From the NCBI GenBank assembly GCA_036336835.1, contig JAYZFK010000052.1, positions 1 to 39,687 on the forward strand: a stretch of DNA of 39,687 nucleotides, given 5' to 3'. Below, piece by piece: positions 29,302 through 38,659 of this stretch (the first letter of the stretch is position 1; every line of letters starts with the position of its first letter). Position numbers and translations under genes: made by a program. The notes below the pieces were generated by a model, which searched no databases, was not told where the DNA came from, and worked only from the letters and a program-made list of their open reading frames with translations. The stretch comes from Myxococcota bacterium (GTDB lineage: Bacteria; Myxococcota_A; UBA9160; UBA4427).

Positions 29302-30066
29302 GTGACGGATCTCTTCGGAGTCGAGGGGAAAGTGGCTCTCGTCACTGGCGGATCGCGCGGCATCGGGCGCATGATCGCGCGAGGGCTCGTGGCGCGCGGA
29401 GCGACGGTCTACATCGCCGCGCGCTCGGGGTGCGAAGAGACCGCGCGCGAGCTCTCCCGGGAGGGGCGCTGCCTGCCGATCCAGGCGGATCTCTCGCAGG
29501 AGGAGGGAATTCGCGCTCTGACGGACGAGCTGCGGTCCACCGAGACTGCGCTGCACGTGCTGGTGCACTCGGCGGCTGCTCATCACGTCGGCTCGGTCGA
29601 GGATCACTCGGTAGCGGCCTGGGACGAAATCTGGTCGATCAACGTGAAGGCGTTCTTCCGACTGGTGCAGGAGCTGCTGCCCGAGATCAAGGCGGCGTCG
29701 AGTCCGGGCGATCCGGCGCGGGTGATCGCGTTGGGCTCTTCCGACGGCTCACGCATCCCGCAGATGGACGTCTACGCGTATGGGGCCAGCAAGGCGGCAC
29801 TTCACCATCTCGTGAGTCACCTCGCAAAGAAGCTGGCTCGCGACGGGATCACCGTGAACGCGATTTCGCCGGGTCCCTTCCGGACCGACATGCTGCGCCC
29901 CGCCATCGAGCGGTGGGGCGAGGAGAGCGTGCTGAAGCAGCTCGCGATCCGGCGGTTCGGCGAGCCTTCGGACATCGAGGCGGCCGTCCTCTACCTGGCG
30001 TCGCGGGCGGGTTCCTATGTGACCGGTGCGGTGCTCCCGGTGGACGGCGGTCTGGCCCTCGTCTAG
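29302..30066 (+). CDS. Short-chain dehydrogenase/reductase
   Basis: TGGSRGIG, YGASK, VNAISPG and YVTGAVLPVDGG motifs; GTG start after GGGGA. Confidence 0.92.
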   Translation: MTDLFGVEGKVALVTGGSRGIGRMIARGLVARGATVYIAARSGCEETARELSREGRCLPIQADLSQEEGIRALTDELRSTETALHVLVHSAAAHHVGSVEDHSVAAWDEIWSINVKAFFRLVQELLPEIKAASSPGDPARVIALGSSDGSRIPQMDVYAYGASKAALHHLVSHLAKKLARDGITVNAISPGPFRTDMLRPAIERWGEESVLKQLAIRRFGEPSDIEAAVLYLASRAGSYVTGAVLPVDGGLALV

Positions 30067-30086
30067 CAGGGCGCGGAAAGGCAACC

Positions 30087-30092
30087 TAGTCT
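30087..30092 (+). promoter_or_regulatory. Putative -10 box TAGTCT, 7 nt before the ATG at 30100 (leaderless)
   Basis: Sequence reads TAGTCTcgatcccATG; no SD. Confidence 0.45.
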
Positions 30093-30099
30093 CGATCCC

Positions 30100-31317
30100 A
30101 TGAGCGTGGCTCTGGAACCCTCTGAAGCCGATCTCGAGGCCTTTCGCCAGGAGGCTCGCCACTGGCTCGACGAGCACGCTCCTGCCAAGCCGAGCTTCAA
30201 GCTGCCCGACAGCTTCCTCGAGGTCAGCTCGAACGAGCAGTTCGAACACCTGCGAGCGTGGCAGCGCGCAGTCTACGACGCGGGCTACCTCGGCATCTCG
30301 TGGCCCAGCGAATTCGGTGGCCGAGGCCTCCCGCAGATCTACCAGGACATCGTCAACGCCGAGATGGCAGCCCGGAATCGGCCCTTCATGCTGAACATCG
30401 TCGGCCTGATGTGGGCGGGTCCGGTGATCCTCAAGTTCGGCACTCGGGAGCAGAAGAAGCGCTTCCTGGCGCCGTTGCTCCGCGCCGACGAAATCTGGTG
30501 CCAGGGGTTCTCCGAGCCCGAGAATGGCTCGGACCTCGCCAACGTCCAGACCACTGCTGTTCGCGACGGTGACGAGTACATCATCAACGGCACGAAGATC
30601 TGGACGAGTCTGGGCACACAAGCTCACCACATGATTCTCCTGGCACGCACCGATCCCGATGCCGGAAGCAAGTACCGCGGGCTCACGTTCTTTCTGGCTC
30701 CGGTCGACGGCGCGGGCGTGGACAAGCGGCCGATCCGCAAGATGACCGGGGAGTACGGATTCAACGAGACGAGCTTTCGCGATGCACGAGTTCCGGCAGG
30801 CTGCATGCTGGGCGAGGAGGGGCAGGGCTGGGCCATCGCCATGGCCACTCTGGCATTCGAGCGCTACGCGGAAGGCGGCCAGGCGGGCGGCCTCGACATG
30901 GTGCAGCTCCGGGTCGCAGAGCTGGTGGAGATGGCGCGCGAGTGCCGGCGCGACGGTCGGCCAGCCATCGAAGACCCGGTCGTGCGCGAACAGCTGGTGC
31001 GACTGTCGATCGAGGAGCGGGCGATCGACATGAACGACGTCCGCCGGCACATCGAAGGTCTGTGCCGCGAGCGCCCGGATGCGATCGGTCTGATGAGAAA
31101 GCTCGTGACCTCGGAGTTCCGACGCAGGATGTCCCGCTTCGCCGTCAGCCTGCAGGGCGAGGCGGCGAAGCTCTACATCGGCGACCCGGCTGCGGTCGAG
31201 GACGGAGACTGGCAGCGTCACTACATGAACGCGTACTCGGTCACCATCGGCGGCGGCACGAGCCAGATCCAGATGAACATCCTCGGCGAGCGGGTGCTCG
31301 GGCTGGACAAGGGCTGA
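30100..31317 (+). CDS. Acyl-CoA dehydrogenase, catalytic (alpha-type) subunit
   Basis: WCQGFSEPENGSDLA, NGTKIWTS, TLAFER and TIGGGTSQIQMNILGERVLGL motifs. Confidence 0.95.
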   Translation: MSVALEPSEADLEAFRQEARHWLDEHAPAKPSFKLPDSFLEVSSNEQFEHLRAWQRAVYDAGYLGISWPSEFGGRGLPQIYQDIVNAEMAARNRPFMLNIVGLMWAGPVILKFGTREQKKRFLAPLLRADEIWCQGFSEPENGSDLANVQTTAVRDGDEYIINGTKIWTSLGTQAHHMILLARTDPDAGSKYRGLTFFLAPVDGAGVDKRPIRKMTGEYGFNETSFRDARVPAGCMLGEEGQGWAIAMATLAFERYAEGGQAGGLDMVQLRVAELVEMARECRRDGRPAIEDPVVREQLVRLSIEERAIDMNDVRRHIEGLCRERPDAIGLMRKLVTSEFRRRMSRFAVSLQGEAAKLYIGDPAAVEDGDWQRHYMNAYSVTIGGGTSQIQMNILGERVLGLDKG

Positions 31318-31320
31318 TTC

Positions 31321-32481
31321 GTGGCAGACGCGATTGCATTCGGCGAAGAGCAGGAGCTGATCGCGAGCAGTGCACTCGACTTCCTGAGCAGCCGCTGCAG
31401 CTTCGACGGGGTCCGCGAGTGGATGAAGAGCGAGCCCGGCTACGACCCGGATCTGTGGCGCGAGATCGCAGCGCTCGGCTGGCTGGGCATCGGCATTCCA
31501 GAGGAGTTTGGCGGCTCCGGCATGGGGGTCACCGAGCAGGTCTGCGTCGTCGAGTCGATGGGACGTCGGCTGTTCGGCTCACCGTTCCTGGCGAGCGCCC
31601 TGGCGGCTGATCTCTTGAACCGGATCGGCGGCGACGAGCAGAAGCGGCGCTGGCTACCCGGTCTGGTCTCGGGAGAGGCGATCGGTTGTCTCGCGATCGG
31701 CGAGAGCTCCGGATCCTGGGATCTCGCCAGGCCCACTGCCCGAGCCACGGCGGACGGCGCTTTGCTTCGACTCGAGGGTGAGAAGTGTTTCGTGCTGGAC
31801 GCCCAGAATGCGGATCTGCTCGTGGTCGCGTGCACGCTGCGCGACGAGCCCGCCGTGGTCGTGGTGGAGCGGGCTCAGCTTCCCGATGGGGCGCTGCGCA
31901 CGGAGCGTCTGGTCGACGAGACGCGCCGCAGCGCGCGTCTCCGACTGGACGGCGTGACGCTGCCGCTCGAGGCCCTGCTGGCGGGAGGAGACGTCGCGGA
32001 GAGCTTGGGCCAGACACAGATGCTGGGGGCGTTGCTGGTCAGCGCCGAGATGGCCGGCGTGGCACAGGGGGTGTTCGAGCTGACGCTCGAGTACCTGAAG
32101 ACGCGCGTGCAGTTCGGCAAGAAGATCGGCGGCTACCAGGCGCTGAAGCACCCGATGGTGTGGATCATGGCCGGTCTCGAACACAGCCGCTCGCTGCTCT
32201 ACCGCGCGACGACGCTGTGGGATGCCGGCGAGGACGCCAGCGAGATCGAGATCGCCGTCCGCATGAGCAAGGCACAGTCGGGTGAGACCTGCACGGATGC
32301 AGTCGATCGCGCGATTCAGTTTCACGGTGCCTTCGGCTTCACCTGGGACTGTCAGGCCCAGCTGTTCTTCCGGCGGGCTCAGTGGGCCGAATACACGTTT
32401 GGCGACGCGGCGCATCACCGCCGGCAGCTGTCCGAGCTGCTGCTGGGCAACCCCGACGGCGGCGCGACGCCCGCGCGCTGA
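31321..32481 (+). CDS. Acyl-CoA dehydrogenase, partner (beta-type) subunit
   Basis: EEFGGSG, YLKTRVQFGKKIGGYQALKH and IQFHGAFGFTW motifs; 3 nt downstream of the alpha gene. Confidence 0.9.
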   Translation: MADAIAFGEEQELIASSALDFLSSRCSFDGVREWMKSEPGYDPDLWREIAALGWLGIGIPEEFGGSGMGVTEQVCVVESMGRRLFGSPFLASALAADLLNRIGGDEQKRRWLPGLVSGEAIGCLAIGESSGSWDLARPTARATADGALLRLEGEKCFVLDAQNADLLVVACTLRDEPAVVVVERAQLPDGALRTERLVDETRRSARLRLDGVTLPLEALLAGGDVAESLGQTQMLGALLVSAEMAGVAQGVFELTLEYLKTRVQFGKKIGGYQALKHPMVWIMAGLEHSRSLLYRATTLWDAGEDASEIEIAVRMSKAQSGETCTDAVDRAIQFHGAFGFTWDCQAQLFFRRAQWAEYTFGDAAHHRRQLSELLLGNPDGGATPAR

Positions 32482-32518
32482 GAAACGCCGCGCGCACGAT
32501 GACGACGAGGTAGCCGAC

Positions 32519-34069
32519 ATGAGCATGGCTCCGATTGGTGAAGCGCTCGATCAGCTTGCGATCAATGCGGCCTCGACGCCCGAGAAGCCCGCGCTGATCG
32601 ACGACCGCCCGGATGGAGGTGTGCGGGTCGTTTCGTTTCGCGAGCTCAACGAGATGGTGAATCGGATCGCCAACGCGCTGGTCGACGTGGGCTTCGGATC
32701 GGGGGAACGGCTCGTGTGGGCGGGCCGCAACTGCGTCGAGGTGATCGCCATCCAGCACGCCGCCCGCAAGGCGGGTGGCTTCTCGATCTCGCTGAATCAC
32801 CGGCTCACCAAGGGCGAGGTGCATTCGATCGTTCGGGTTGCCGAGCCCACCTTCGTGTGGACGGACTCGGCCTTCCGCGATTTCTTCGTCCGGGACGAGC
32901 TGCCGAGTGTTCGGGACGTCGTGGTGTTCGGCGGAGATCCGCTTTCCGGGCAGACCGCCGAGGGCGAGTTCATTGCGGGGCGATCGGTCGACGAGCCGAA
33001 GCCGCGCAAAAGCTCTCGGACTGGCTTCGATCCAATTCTGATCTTTACCTCGGGGACCACCGGGCTGCCGAAGGGGGTCATCCGCTATGGCCTGGGTGCG
33101 AGCGAGGTCGAGCTCCAGACCGGCCTGCTCGGTGGCGGCAACGGGGTCTTCATCGTGACCGGGTCACTCTCGCACGGCGGTCCCAACGGCATGGCGAACA
33201 ACAGCCTGCTGATCGGTGGCAGCGTCGTCCTCCAACACAAGTTCGACGCCGCCGACTGGCTGCGCCTGGTCGAGAAGTACGGCGTCAGCAACTCGTACAG
33301 CGCCCCGTTCCCGGTGCGACACATCTGCGGTCTGCCCGAGGCGGTGAAGAGCCGCTACGACGCCTCGAGCTTGAACACGATGATCGCCGCGGCGGCGCAG
33401 TGGCCCCATTCACTGAAGCAGGCGTTCGTGGATTCGTTTCCGCGCTGCGCTCTGTGGGAGCTCTACGGATCCTCCGAGCTCGCCACGGTCACGGTGCAGG
33501 CGCCCGAAGACCAGCTGCGCAAGCCGGGCTCGTGCGGCCGGCCGGCTCCGGGTGTCGAGATCCTGCTGGTGGACGACGACGATCAGGTGATCACGGAGCC
33601 CCACCGACCGGGCGTGCTCTACGCCAGGAGCGATTCGGTCTACCGGGCGTACCTCGGCGATGAGGAGGCCTACGAGCAATCGCTGCGCGGCGAGTTCGCG
33701 ACGGTGGGCGACATCGCGTTCTTCGACGAGGACGGCTTCTACACGATCTGCGACCGGCAAAAGGACATGCTGATCTCGGGTGGAGCCAACATCTACCCCA
33801 AGGAGATCGAGAACGTTCTCGAGAGCCACCCCGACATCTTCGAGAGCGCCGTCATCGGGCTGCCAGACGCGGAATGGGGCGAGCGTCCCCATGCGTTCGT
33901 CGTGCTCAATCCCGAGGCGCGAGTCGGCGGCGACGAAATCCTGTCGTTCTGCCGCGAGAATCTCGCGAGCTACAAGGTTCCGAATTCCGTGAAAATCGTC
34001 GACGAGCTGCCACACGGGGTGAGCGGCAAGCTCGCAAAGCGCGAGCTGCGTGCCCGCGCTCTGGCTTGA
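32519..34069 (+). CDS. AMP-binding acyl-CoA synthetase (class I adenylate-forming enzyme)
   Basis: FTSGTTGLPKG, YGSSE, GD...D.DGF..I.DR.KDMLISGGANIYP.EIE and SGK motifs; GAGG RBS. Confidence 0.95.
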   Translation: MSMAPIGEALDQLAINAASTPEKPALIDDRPDGGVRVVSFRELNEMVNRIANALVDVGFGSGERLVWAGRNCVEVIAIQHAARKAGGFSISLNHRLTKGEVHSIVRVAEPTFVWTDSAFRDFFVRDELPSVRDVVVFGGDPLSGQTAEGEFIAGRSVDEPKPRKSSRTGFDPILIFTSGTTGLPKGVIRYGLGASEVELQTGLLGGGNGVFIVTGSLSHGGPNGMANNSLLIGGSVVLQHKFDAADWLRLVEKYGVSNSYSAPFPVRHICGLPEAVKSRYDASSLNTMIAAAAQWPHSLKQAFVDSFPRCALWELYGSSELATVTVQAPEDQLRKPGSCGRPAPGVEILLVDDDDQVITEPHRPGVLYARSDSVYRAYLGDEEAYEQSLRGEFATVGDIAFFDEDGFYTICDRQKDMLISGGANIYPKEIENVLESHPDIFESAVIGLPDAEWGERPHAFVVLNPEARVGGDEILSFCRENLASYKVPNSVKIVDELPHGVSGKLAKRELRARALA

Positions 34070-34091
34070 CGCAAGCGTCGCTCGGCGCTGC

Positions 34092-35027
34092 TCATGCAGA
34101 GGCGTGGATCACGTTGCTGGCGAAGCGCTCCATCGCGGTGAGCAGCTGTACTCGTGACTCGAGCCCACCGCTTCCGGGGAAGGCGAAGGTCACGCCCGCG
34201 TAGCCGACGCCGAGCGCGCCGAGCTGATGGAGCTCGTCCGCCAGGGCGTCTCCGTCGAAGTCCGCGCCCCCGTAGCCCAGCGCCACCGGGCTCAACATCA
34301 CGTCCACCGGCTTCGTCCGCCCCACCCGCTCCAGCTGCTGGTGCAGGTACGCGAGACGCTCGCGGAGATCTTCCAGTGTCTCGAGTGGGGCCGAGTGTAC
34401 GTAGCGCGCCATCTTCTTCTCGACGCGCATCGGCAGCCAGCCGTCGCCGTGTTCGGCGACGCGCCGCAGGGCGCGCCGCGAATTGCCACCGATCCAGATT
34501 GGCGGGTGAGGTTGGGTCGCGGGTGTGGGGCGCGCGAAGTTCCCGACGGCCTGGAAGTCGCGGCCGGAGCCCTCGACGGGCTCGCCCGTCCAGATCTTCT
34601 TCAGGATCGCGAGGCTCTCGTCCAGGTGCTCGTTGCGCTGCGCGAAGTCCGCCCCGAGGGCCGCAAACTCCGGCGCGAGATAGCCGGTGCCCGTGCCCAG
34701 GATCAGTCGCCCGTCCGACAGCGAGTCGAGGGTCGCGAGCGCCTTGGCAGCGGCGAACGGCTTGCGGAAGGCGAGGATGTACAGGTTGGTCATCAGCTTC
34801 AGGCGCTGCGTGACGGCGGCAACGACCGCGAGCGCCACCGGCGGATCCAGATCGTGGTGTCCTCCCTGCGTCAGGTACTTCGGCGTCGGCGCCGGGTGAT
34901 CGGTGACGTACACGCCCTCGTAGCCGAGCTCTTCGGCCGCCCTGCCGAGCTCGGTCAGCGCCGCGACCGTGCCGAACTCCTCTCGTCGTTCCACGTCGTC
35001 CGTGGGCAGGCCAAGGATGTACTTCAC
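34092..35027 (-). CDS. Luciferase-like (LLM) oxidoreductase, probably F420-dependent
   Basis: GYEGVYVTDHP, LDPPVALAVVAA.T, AKALATLD.LS.GRLILG.G.GYL..EF and PPIWIGGNS..ALRR...GDGW motifs. Confidence 0.9.
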   Translation of the reverse strand: MKYILGLPTDDVERREEFGTVAALTELGRAAEELGYEGVYVTDHPAPTPKYLTQGGHHDLDPPVALAVVAAVTQRLKLMTNLYILAFRKPFAAAKALATLDSLSDGRLILGTGTGYLAPEFAALGADFAQRNEHLDESLAILKKIWTGEPVEGSGRDFQAVGNFARPTPATQPHPPIWIGGNSRRALRRVAEHGDGWLPMRVEKKMARYVHSAPLETLEDLRERLAYLHQQLERVGRTKPVDVMLSPVALGYGGADFDGDALADELHQLGALGVGYAGVTFAFPGSGGLESRVQLLTAMERFASNVIHASA

Positions 35028-35054
35028 GCAAGATCCCTCGGTGGCGCGAACGGG

Positions 35055-36047
35055 CTAGAGATCGAACCGTCCCTCGCGCACGGCAGCCTGCATCTTCTGC
35101 ACGTCCCAATGCCACTTGAAGTCGCCCCAGCCGGTTTCGCCGGCCAGGGTCCAACGCACCAGTCCCGTGACCATGAAGGCGTTCGCGTGGTAGGACTCCG
35201 CGAACGACAGCGGCTCTCCGCGCAGCCGGTGCGTCCGCCCCCTGGCGTCCTCGACTTCGTACTCGAGTGAGCCCATGACCCAGTCTTCGCAGCGGTAGCG
35301 GCCGACCCCGGCCTTGAGGGGGATCACCTCGCGCCCTTCTCGCAGATAGCCGTGCGTGACGGTTCCACGCTCGAGCTGGTCGTTGCGCGTCTGCAGCAAG
35401 AACGAGACGTCCTTGCCGAAGTGCGCCTCGTCGAAGTTGCCCATGACGTTGTGGCCGTACTCTCTTCGCGGGCTCCAGGAATGGTCGCGGTTCGACGGAA
35501 AGTCGACCCGGAGAGCACGCCCGTTCACCACGACCTCTCCCTCGACGTGCATCGTCTGATCGATGTGCCCGGTGACCGCGTGCGCTTTCGGGTCGTGCCG
35601 CTGGAAGATCGCATAGCCGGCTCCAGAGTCCGGAACCGCCAGCTCGGTGATGCTCACGGGTGGCATCAGGGCCGTCTGCACGAGATCCCAGTGGTTGCCC
35701 CGGCCATCGTCGAACTGGACGAGCCATTCCTCCATTGGCCTCGTCATCTTGACGTGCAGGCCGTTCGGCAGGCGAAAGTCGTCGAGATCTCCCGGCGGAA
35801 TGCGAATGTGGTAATCGTCGCGCAGGTAGTCCATCGCCAGAACGTGCCGCTGGGTCTTGCTGTAGACCTGCATCATCGAGCGGCAGACGCCGAGATTGGT
35901 GCGGAAGAGCGCGTAGGCGGCGCCGCGCATGCGTTCTTCCGGGATGGTGAAGCCGAACCAGTTGGTTTCGCACCAGCTGTCGTCCCGCTCCGCTGGCGCG
36001 TGGAACTTTGCGTCCTCCGGTCGAACGACGGTGCCGATCCTGGCCAC
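35055..36047 (-). CDS. Conserved hypothetical protein (beta-rich; W.ETNWF.F..PE, GHIDQ and RDHSWSPR motifs)
   Basis: GGAGAG RBS before the GTG at 36047; coding-like composition. The RDHSW motif recalls tocopherol-cyclase/AttH-like two-barrel proteins (unverified). Confidence 0.7.
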   Translation of the reverse strand: MARIGTVVRPEDAKFHAPAERDDSWCETNWFGFTIPEERMRGAAYALFRTNLGVCRSMMQVYSKTQRHVLAMDYLRDDYHIRIPPGDLDDFRLPNGLHVKMTRPMEEWLVQFDDGRGNHWDLVQTALMPPVSITELAVPDSGAGYAIFQRHDPKAHAVTGHIDQTMHVEGEVVVNGRALRVDFPSNRDHSWSPRREYGHNVMGNFDEAHFGKDVSFLLQTRNDQLERGTVTHGYLREGREVIPLKAGVGRYRCEDWVMGSLEYEVEDARGRTHRLRGEPLSFAESYHANAFMVTGLVRWTLAGETGWGDFKWHWDVQKMQAAVREGRFDL

Positions 36048-36066
36048 GCGGCTTCTCTCCCTTCGC

Positions 36067-37239
36067 CTACACGGGCTCCGGTGCGGTCTCCGACGGCAGC
36101 AGGGCTTGCACATCACCGAGCCCCAGCAGGTCGCCGAGCTGGTTCGTCATGGACACGCGAATGGTGACGAGGGGGCGACCGCTCTTGTCGTCGTAGTCGA
36201 CCTCCGTCACCTCGCCGTCCAGGTAGGTCACGTCACCGGTCAGGGCGGGCGCGCGGAGATTCATCTTCGAGTGCTTGAGGTCGGTCCACTCGCCGCCCCA
36301 GTTGCTGATGTAGTCGAGCGCCCAGGCCCCCATCGAGGCACCGTAGCCATAGCCGCGCGGCATGCCGATGAGCTTCGCGTAGCGCGGGATCGTGTGCCCG
36401 CGCGAAGGCCCGAGGTACAGGCCGTCCGTGCGCGCCGGATCGACCTTGCCGCCCTCGAAATCCTTGGTCATCTCCGGCAGCCAGCCCGCCCGCTCGGTCG
36501 ACGAGCCGGTGTCGTCGTAGTCGTAGTTCGTGGCGCCCCAGACCGTGAACAGGCAGGTGCGCCATTCCGTGGTGAAGGACTGGATCGTGTGCGGGCCGAT
36601 CGGCCGGCGCGGAAGCTTCTCGCCCTTGCGGACGATCAGCCGCCGATCGTGTCCGAGGTCGAGGAAGGACTTGTAGTAGTCCATCTTCTCCTCCTCGACC
36701 CGGTGAAGCTCTTCGTCGCTCCACTCGGGATCGACGGTCTGATCCTCGCGGATCTGCTTCGCCGCCTCTTCGGCCAGATAGCGGATCGAGGTCGAGCGCT
36801 GCTTGGCGATCAGCTGGCCGGACTGGTTGACATAGGTGGTGTCGCCGCGAGTGAAGATCGTCGGGCCCGCAAACTTCGTCTCCTTCTGGGCGTAGTCGAA
36901 CATCATCTTCTCGCAGCGGATCACGTCTCCCGGCCAGATGCGCGGCCCGTAGAACCACCACTCGTCGCCGCCGAACAACATGTGCGTTCCGGGCACGACG
37001 CCCTGGATCGACGGCTCGGCGCCATGTCCCCAGGTGGTGTTCACCGTGAACGAGGGAGACGCCACGATGTCGCCGAAGCGGCTCCCGCGCGCCCACGCTC
37101 GGTCGTGATGCAGTGGATAGGGATTCTGCATCGCCTGTGCCCAGCGCCGGATGTCGTTGACGTGAATGTCTTCGACGATGTCGCCGCCCGTGAGCGGGAC
37201 TCCGATCCATCGGTCGAGATCCGAGGTGTCGAGCATCAC
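36067..37239 (-). CDS. Double hot-dog (MaoC/FAS1-like) dehydratase/hydratase
   Basis: N-domain DIRRWAQAMQNPYPLHHD..A..SRFG.IVA.PSF and FGGDEWWFYGPRIWPGD; C-domain GH....AKLIGMPRGYGYG and RAPALTGD. GGAGGAG RBS. Confidence 0.82.
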   Translation of the reverse strand: MMLDTSDLDRWIGVPLTGGDIVEDIHVNDIRRWAQAMQNPYPLHHDRAWARGSRFGDIVASPSFTVNTTWGHGAEPSIQGVVPGTHMLFGGDEWWFYGPRIWPGDVIRCEKMMFDYAQKETKFAGPTIFTRGDTTYVNQSGQLIAKQRSTSIRYLAEEAAKQIREDQTVDPEWSDEELHRVEEEKMDYYKSFLDLGHDRRLIVRKGEKLPRRPIGPHTIQSFTTEWRTCLFTVWGATNYDYDDTGSSTERAGWLPEMTKDFEGGKVDPARTDGLYLGPSRGHTIPRYAKLIGMPRGYGYGASMGAWALDYISNWGGEWTDLKHSKMNLRAPALTGDVTYLDGEVTEVDYDDKSGRPLVTIRVSMTNQLGDLLGLGDVQALLPSETAPEPV

Positions 37240-37260
37240 GATTCTCCTCCGGTGGCTGAC

Positions 37261-37298
37261 ACGCTACGCGGCGCCTGCTTCGATTTCAATTGGTTCTC
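37261..37298 (-). promoter_or_regulatory. Sigma70-type promoter TTGAAA-N17-TAGCGT overlapped by a 17-bp shared motif
   Basis: -35 at 37284-89 and -10 at 37261-66 on the minus strand. The motif at 37282-98 matches 38548-64 at 14 of 17 positions. Confidence 0.6.
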
Positions 37299-37314
37299 GG
37301 GCCAGCGCCGCGTT

Positions 37315-38517
37315 TCAGCGTGCGGCACCCGGTCTGGGCTCGCGCGGCAGGCCCAGCCCGCGCTCCGCGATGATGTTCTTCTGGATCTGCGCGGTGCCAC
37401 CCGCGATGATGAAACCGACCCACCTCATGTACTCCGCCTGCCAACTGCCTTCTGCGCGCTCGTACTTCGATCCGTCATACAGGGCACCGAGCTCACCCAT
37501 CACGTCGAGTCCGAGCGCCGCCATCTCGCGCATCAGCTCGCAGGCCTGCAGCTTCACGACGAGCGCGGCGACGCCAGGCGGCTCGTCGCGGAGGTCGTAC
37601 GCCAGCAGCCGCATCGCGTGGCACTTCAGGCCCAGGACGCGCGCCTGCAGGCGCAGCAGACGATCCCGGAACGACGCGTGGTCCATGGCGCGCGCTCCAT
37701 TGCAGGTCTCGCTCTGCATCAGCCCGACGAGGGACTCGAGCATCGATTCCAGATCTCTCGGGTTGCCGGCCACCTGGCGCTCGTGTGCGAGCGTCGTGTG
37801 CGCGATCTCCCAGCCCTGACCGCGTCGGCCCACGACGTTCGTCTGGGGGACGCGCACATCGCTGAAAAAGACCTGGTTGAACTCGGCGTCGCCCGTCATG
37901 GCGCGGAGCGGTCGCACCTCGATCCCGAGCGTATCCATGGGGATCAGGAGGTAGCTGATTCCCGCATGCCGTCGCGCTTCGGGCTCCGTTCTCACCAGGG
38001 CGAACATCATGTCGGCCAGATGGGCCGAGCTCGTCCAGATCTTCTGGCCGTTGACGATCAGGTCGTCGCCGTCCTCCACGCCGGCCGTCATCAGACTTGC
38101 GAGGTCGCTTCCCGAGCCGGGTTCCGAGTACCCCTGACACCAGACGAGCTCTCCCCGGATCGTCGGCGGCACGAATCGTTGCTTCTGCTCCTCACTGCCG
38201 TGCTCGAGCAGCGTGGGAACGAGCATGTCGATGCCGGGGCCCGAGACGCCGGTCGTCACACCTGCGCGGGCAAATTCCTCGCCGACGATGATCGTCTCGA
38301 GGATGTCGGGCTGGCCGCCGTAGCCACCGTACTCGCGGGGAACGGTGCGCGCGGCGTAGCCTCTCTCCACCAGGAGCCTCTGCCAGGCGAGCATCGCTTC
38401 CGAAGCGCGCGCCCCCATCACCCCCTGGCCCCTGGGCGCGCGCGCGCGATGCTGCGCGATGAACTCGCGCACCTGCGCCCGGAAGTGTTCGTGTTCCTCG
38501 CCGTAGCGGAGGTCCAT
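37315..38517 (-). CDS. Acyl-CoA dehydrogenase, alpha-type, close paralog of 26966..28159
   Basis: MDLRYGEEH start, WCQGYSEPGSGSDLASL, TLAHER and GGTAQIQKNIIAERGLGLPREPRP motifs. Confidence 0.93.
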   Translation of the reverse strand: MDLRYGEEHEHFRAQVREFIAQHRARAPRGQGVMGARASEAMLAWQRLLVERGYAARTVPREYGGYGGQPDILETIIVGEEFARAGVTTGVSGPGIDMLVPTLLEHGSEEQKQRFVPPTIRGELVWCQGYSEPGSGSDLASLMTAGVEDGDDLIVNGQKIWTSSAHLADMMFALVRTEPEARRHAGISYLLIPMDTLGIEVRPLRAMTGDAEFNQVFFSDVRVPQTNVVGRRGQGWEIAHTTLAHERQVAGNPRDLESMLESLVGLMQSETCNGARAMDHASFRDRLLRLQARVLGLKCHAMRLLAYDLRDEPPGVAALVVKLQACELMREMAALGLDVMGELGALYDGSKYERAEGSWQAEYMRWVGFIIAGGTAQIQKNIIAERGLGLPREPRPGAAR

Positions 38518-38525
38518 GGCGGGCA

Positions 38526-38564
38526 AGCGTACCCTGGGCGCCGAATGGAATTCAATTCGCTCTC
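38526..38564 (-). promoter_or_regulatory. Sigma70-type promoter TTGAAT-N18-TACGCT overlapped by a 17-bp shared motif
   Basis: -35 at 38550-55 and -10 at 38526-31, 8 nt before the ATG at 38517, with no SD. Overlapping GAATnnnATTC inverted repeats at 38543-53 and 38548-58. Confidence 0.55.
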
Positions 38565-38659
38565 CGCGACGAGGCGACGCTGTGGCCGGCGGATCGAGTC
38601 CCAAAGGGGGCGCTACAGTCTGTCGCGAGACGAGCGAGCGCGGACAGGAGAACCCGACG

